Of a DNA stretch of 20,000 nt, positions 17,415 through 20,000 are shown one piece after another; position 1 is the first letter of the stretch, and every line of letters begins with the position of its first letter. Both the position numbers and the translations under genes were made by a program. The stretch is taken from sequence record DRR378314_1512; one strand, given 5' to 3'. Below the pieces are notes generated by a model. It was not told the origin of the DNA, did not search any database, and was given only the letters and a program-made list of their open reading frames with translations.

Positions 17415-17983
17415 TCATCGACCGTGATGCCGCGCTTGGCGCGATGATACCACATGTGACGGAACGGGATATCGTGGTTGCCGTGTATCAAAGCTGCTTC
17501 GACTGGCTGCAACTCAATCCGCGGGACCTGAACTATGTTGCCGTTGGCGCAATGGGTCAGGCCAGTTCGCACGGATTGGGGTTGGCGTTGGCAAACCCGG
17601 ACAGGCGTGTGATCGTTCTGGATGGGGATGGTAGCCTGTTGATGAATCTGGGTTCGCTGGTCACGATTGCGAACTCGGGCGTATCCAATCTGTACCACTT
17701 TCTGGCAGCAAACCGGGTTTATGAAGTGAATGGGGCACATCCGTTGCCTGGTGCTGACCGGGTGGATTTTGTCGGTTTCGCCCGTTCAGCCGGTTATGCT
17801 GGGTCGCAAGGCTTTCGTGAGCTTGAGCTGTTTACTGACGCGCTGCCTTACATTCTGGCCGCACCGGGACCGCAATTTGTTTCCATGGAAGTCCGTGCAG
17901 GCAAGCCCTATCCACGTGATTATGACTATATTCACAGTGCAAAGGCGCGACAGACCTTCAGGGACGCGCTCAATCAGAGTTGA
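17411..17983 (+). CDS. ThDP-dependent decarboxylase beta (PP) subunit, ComE-like
   Basis: GAMGQASSHGLGLALA and GDGSLLMNLGSL...N..YE (GDG-X~26-N ThDP/Mg motif). ATGA overlap with the alpha subunit. Confidence 0.85.
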   Translation: MIIDRDAALGAMIPHVTERDIVVAVYQSCFDWLQLNPRDLNYVAVGAMGQASSHGLGLALANPDRRVIVLDGDGSLLMNLGSLVTIANSGVSNLYHFLAANRVYEVNGAHPLPGADRVDFVGFARSAGYAGSQGFRELELFTDALPYILAAPGPQFVSMEVRAGKPYPRDYDYIHSAKARQTFRDALNQS

Positions 17984-18860
17984 GCGTATCCCTCGCGATT
18001 TCTAGGAAGATTTTAGCAACGGCAGATAGCGGCCTGTTTTTGGACCAGAACAGAACGGTCTGAAAATTCAGGGGCGCGGCAAATGGCAATACGACGCATC
18101 CTGGTATTGTTTCGGAATGACCTTTGGACATACCGACAATCGAAACACCAAGCCCACGTGCGACAAGCCGGCAGACACCATCTGTTGTTCGGGTTTCGTA
18201 TTTCATGCTTCGCGGTATCGATTTGGCTTCAAAAAAGCGGTCGACTTCAAACCGAAAGCGGGATGAACCCATATATGAGACAAAGCTTTCATCCGCCAAA
18301 TCCCGCGCGTGGATAACCGCTTTGTCTTCTAACCGGTGTCCTTTGGGCAAGACGCAATACACATCGTCATCCGAAAGCATCAGGCTGTCAAAGGATGGGT
18401 TTGACGGGACGCTGGATGTAATTCCAAAGTCATAGCTTTGCGAAACCAGCCACTCTACTGAATCATCGTTGGCTTCAAATTCAAGTTGCGCCATCGCCTC
18501 GGGGCAAGCAGATGCGAATGCACTGATCAGGTCCGGTGCTAGTTGTGTGGCGAAAGCGGGTGTTGTCACCAAGCTTAGCCGCGCATGTCCAAAGTTTCCG
18601 ATCGCTGTCGCTGCCTGCTTGATATGTTCCATCCCGCTGACGGCTTGGCGTACCTCTTGCACCAAGAGCCGCGCCTCGTCCGTTGGGACCAGAACCCTGC
18701 CTGAGCGTTGGAAAAGTGCAAACCCGACCTCGGCCTCAAGGTCCGAGATTAACCGACTGACGGCGGGTTGTGAAATGCCAAGCAGTGCCGCCGCTTCTGT
18801 TACGGTTCCGGTGGACACAACGGCCCGAAACGCATCAACCTGTCGAAAAGTAATTTTCAT
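17970..18860 (-). CDS. LysR-family transcriptional regulator
   Basis: F.AV...GTVTEAA.LLGISQPAVSRLI.DLE.EVGF.LF.R HTH plus substrate-binding domain, 296 aa. Confidence 0.95.
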   Translation of the reverse strand: MKITFRQVDAFRAVVSTGTVTEAAALLGISQPAVSRLISDLEAEVGFALFQRSGRVLVPTDEARLLVQEVRQAVSGMEHIKQAATAIGNFGHARLSLVTTPAFATQLAPDLISAFASACPEAMAQLEFEANDDSVEWLVSQSYDFGITSSVPSNPSFDSLMLSDDDVYCVLPKGHRLEDKAVIHARDLADESFVSYMGSSRFRFEVDRFFEAKSIPRSMKYETRTTDGVCRLVARGLGVSIVGMSKGHSETIPGCVVLPFAAPLNFQTVLFWSKNRPLSAVAKIFLEIARDTLNSD

Positions 18861-18931
18861 TCTTTAGGTATTTTCACTCCCGCGTGGCATACGCAAGGGG
18901 TTTTGGCCCCGGTGCGTCGTACAGATGATCG

Positions 18932-19513
18932 CTACTGTGGGCGGGTTGAAACGGTAATGAACTCGATCGCGTCCGACAGGATTTTGTCCACCCCATGCGG
19001 TAGTTTGGCATCAAAGCTGAGCGTATCCCCCGCTGCCATCAGGAATTCTTCGGTTCCACACACATACAGGGCGCGCCCATCTATCATGTAAATAAAGACA
19101 TGCCCTTCGTGCTGATACTTTGGCAGCGTGGATTGATCTTGCTTTGAAATTCGGATGCGCGCGGATTGGAAGGACCCGCCGGGACCGCTGTGTTTGCCCA
19201 AAGTCAGGTAATCGTGGGCATGGTCATGCGTGATCCGCCGCGAAGGCAACCCGGTTCCGGCAGGAACATGATGAACATCTGCCGTGTGGTCGGAATGGCT
19301 GAACAAAGCCATCAAAGAGACTGACAATGCATCGGCCAAGGCCTGTAATGTACCAAGTGAGGGCGACACATGGCCATTCTCGATCCTGCTGATCATTGCT
19401 GTGGACAGGTTCGCCTGTGTTGCCAGTTCGGTAACGGTCAGGCTCCGTTCCTGTCGCAGCCTTTGCAGAGTGCGACCGATTTCAAGTTCGGTATCTGATT
19501 TCTTGTGCTGCAT
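18932..19513 (-). CDS. XRE-family HTH plus cupin transcriptional regulator
   Basis: IG..L..LR....LT..ELA...LS..MISRIENG.VSPSL.TL HTH_3; cupin HEG..FIYM..G...GDTLSFDA..PHG. Confidence 0.92.
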   Translation of the reverse strand: MQHKKSDTELEIGRTLQRLRQERSLTVTELATQANLSTAMISRIENGHVSPSLGTLQALADALSVSLMALFSHSDHTADVHHVPAGTGLPSRRITHDHAHDYLTLGKHSGPGGSFQSARIRISKQDQSTLPKYQHEGHVFIYMIDGRALYVCGTEEFLMAAGDTLSFDAKLPHGVDKILSDAIEFITVSTRPQ

Positions 19514-19560
19514 CGGGTCACATCGATCCTGAATATATGCATAATGCTATCTGTGACCCG

Positions 19561-19615
19561 AATTGCGGGATAGTAAAGTATGAACTACCCAAAAAAATAT
19601 TACTGTCGGGCAATT
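19561..19615. promoter_or_regulatory. Pair of inverted TTRC-N6-GYAA boxes, candidate XRE autoregulatory operators
   Basis: AATTGCGGGATAGTAA (19561-19576) and TTACTGTCGGGCAATT (19600-19615) are inverted copies matching at 13 of 16 positions; each is itself quasi-palindromic. Confidence 0.55.
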
Positions 19616-19663
19616 GACGGACGTACCTGTTGGGGCAGGCAAAGAGATTCCGCCGGGCTGGTG

Positions 19664-19999
19664 CTATTTTCCCTTCCAGACTGGATCGCGTTTTTCGGCA
19701 AAGGCCTTGGCACCTTCTAACTGATCCTCGCTGGCATAGAGTATATCGACCGTATGCAACTGGCGCTTGGTGATGCGGTTCATGGTATCCTGAAACTTGC
19801 TATCCTCGGCATCGCGCACAACCTCTTTGATTGCAGCATAAACCAGCGGTGGGCCCGAGGCGAGCAGGCGGGCCAGTTCCCACGCACGATCCATCAGTTG
19901 ATCCGCAGGCACGATCTCATTGATCAGACCCCAGCGGTGGCCTTCTTCTGCATCGAACCAGCGCCCGGTTAGCAGCAGCTCCATCGCGATGTGATAGGG
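19664..19999 (-). CDS. Enoyl-CoA hydratase/crotonase, carnitinyl-CoA dehydratase (CaiD)-like; 5'-truncated by window edge
   Basis: PYHIAMELLLTGR.FDAEE..RWGLINE.VP...SEDQLEGAKAFAEKRDPVWKG is a crotonase C-terminus; the frame is open to the window end. Confidence 0.85.
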   Translation of the reverse strand, partial: PYHIAMELLLTGRWFDAEEGHRWGLINEIVPADQLMDRAWELARLLASGPPLVYAAIKEVVRDAEDSKFQDTMNRITKRQLHTVDILYASEDQLEGAKAFAEKRDPVWKGK

Positions 20000-20000
20000 G

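Noticed and set aside
1-20000. Genomic island, mobile element, CRISPR or RNA genes
   Set aside because: No integrase or transposase, tRNA, terminal repeats or repeat-spacer array seen; horizontal origin cannot be judged without the rest of the genome.

Overview
A gene-dense catabolic region with no rRNA, tRNA, CRISPR or mobile element that I can see. Gene content and protein style suggest a marine alphaproteobacterium (Roseobacter/Rhodobacteraceae-like), which is an inference. From left to right: the 3' end of a VanA-type Rieske oxygenase; a PhyH-family Fe(II)/2OG dioxygenase divergent from an atypical sarcosine-oxidase-like soxBDAG operon, followed by an Arg-less Rid protein and an AEC transporter; a translationally coupled minus-strand operon (phthalate-dioxygenase-type Rieske oxygenase, two tandem paralogous proteins of unknown function, DUF1116/YlbE-like protein, amidase); a divergon with an AstE/AspA deacylase and aldehyde dehydrogenase on one side and a HisC-like aminotransferase and split ComDE-like ThDP decarboxylase on the other; LysR and XRE-cupin regulators; and the 3' end of a CaiD-like enoyl-CoA hydratase. 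Three things stand out. (1) The Rieske / unknown pair / DUF1116 / amidase operon has no reductase, diol dehydrogenase or ring-cleavage gene. (2) There is an Ehrlich-type deacylate-transaminate-decarboxylate-oxidise module. (3) A TTRC-N6-GYAA motif occurs both upstream of the XRE gene and upstream of soxB, 18 kb apart. Together these may form an undescribed pathway for an N-acylated or N-methylated, possibly N-heterocyclic, amino-acid derivative. The substrate is a hypothesis only.
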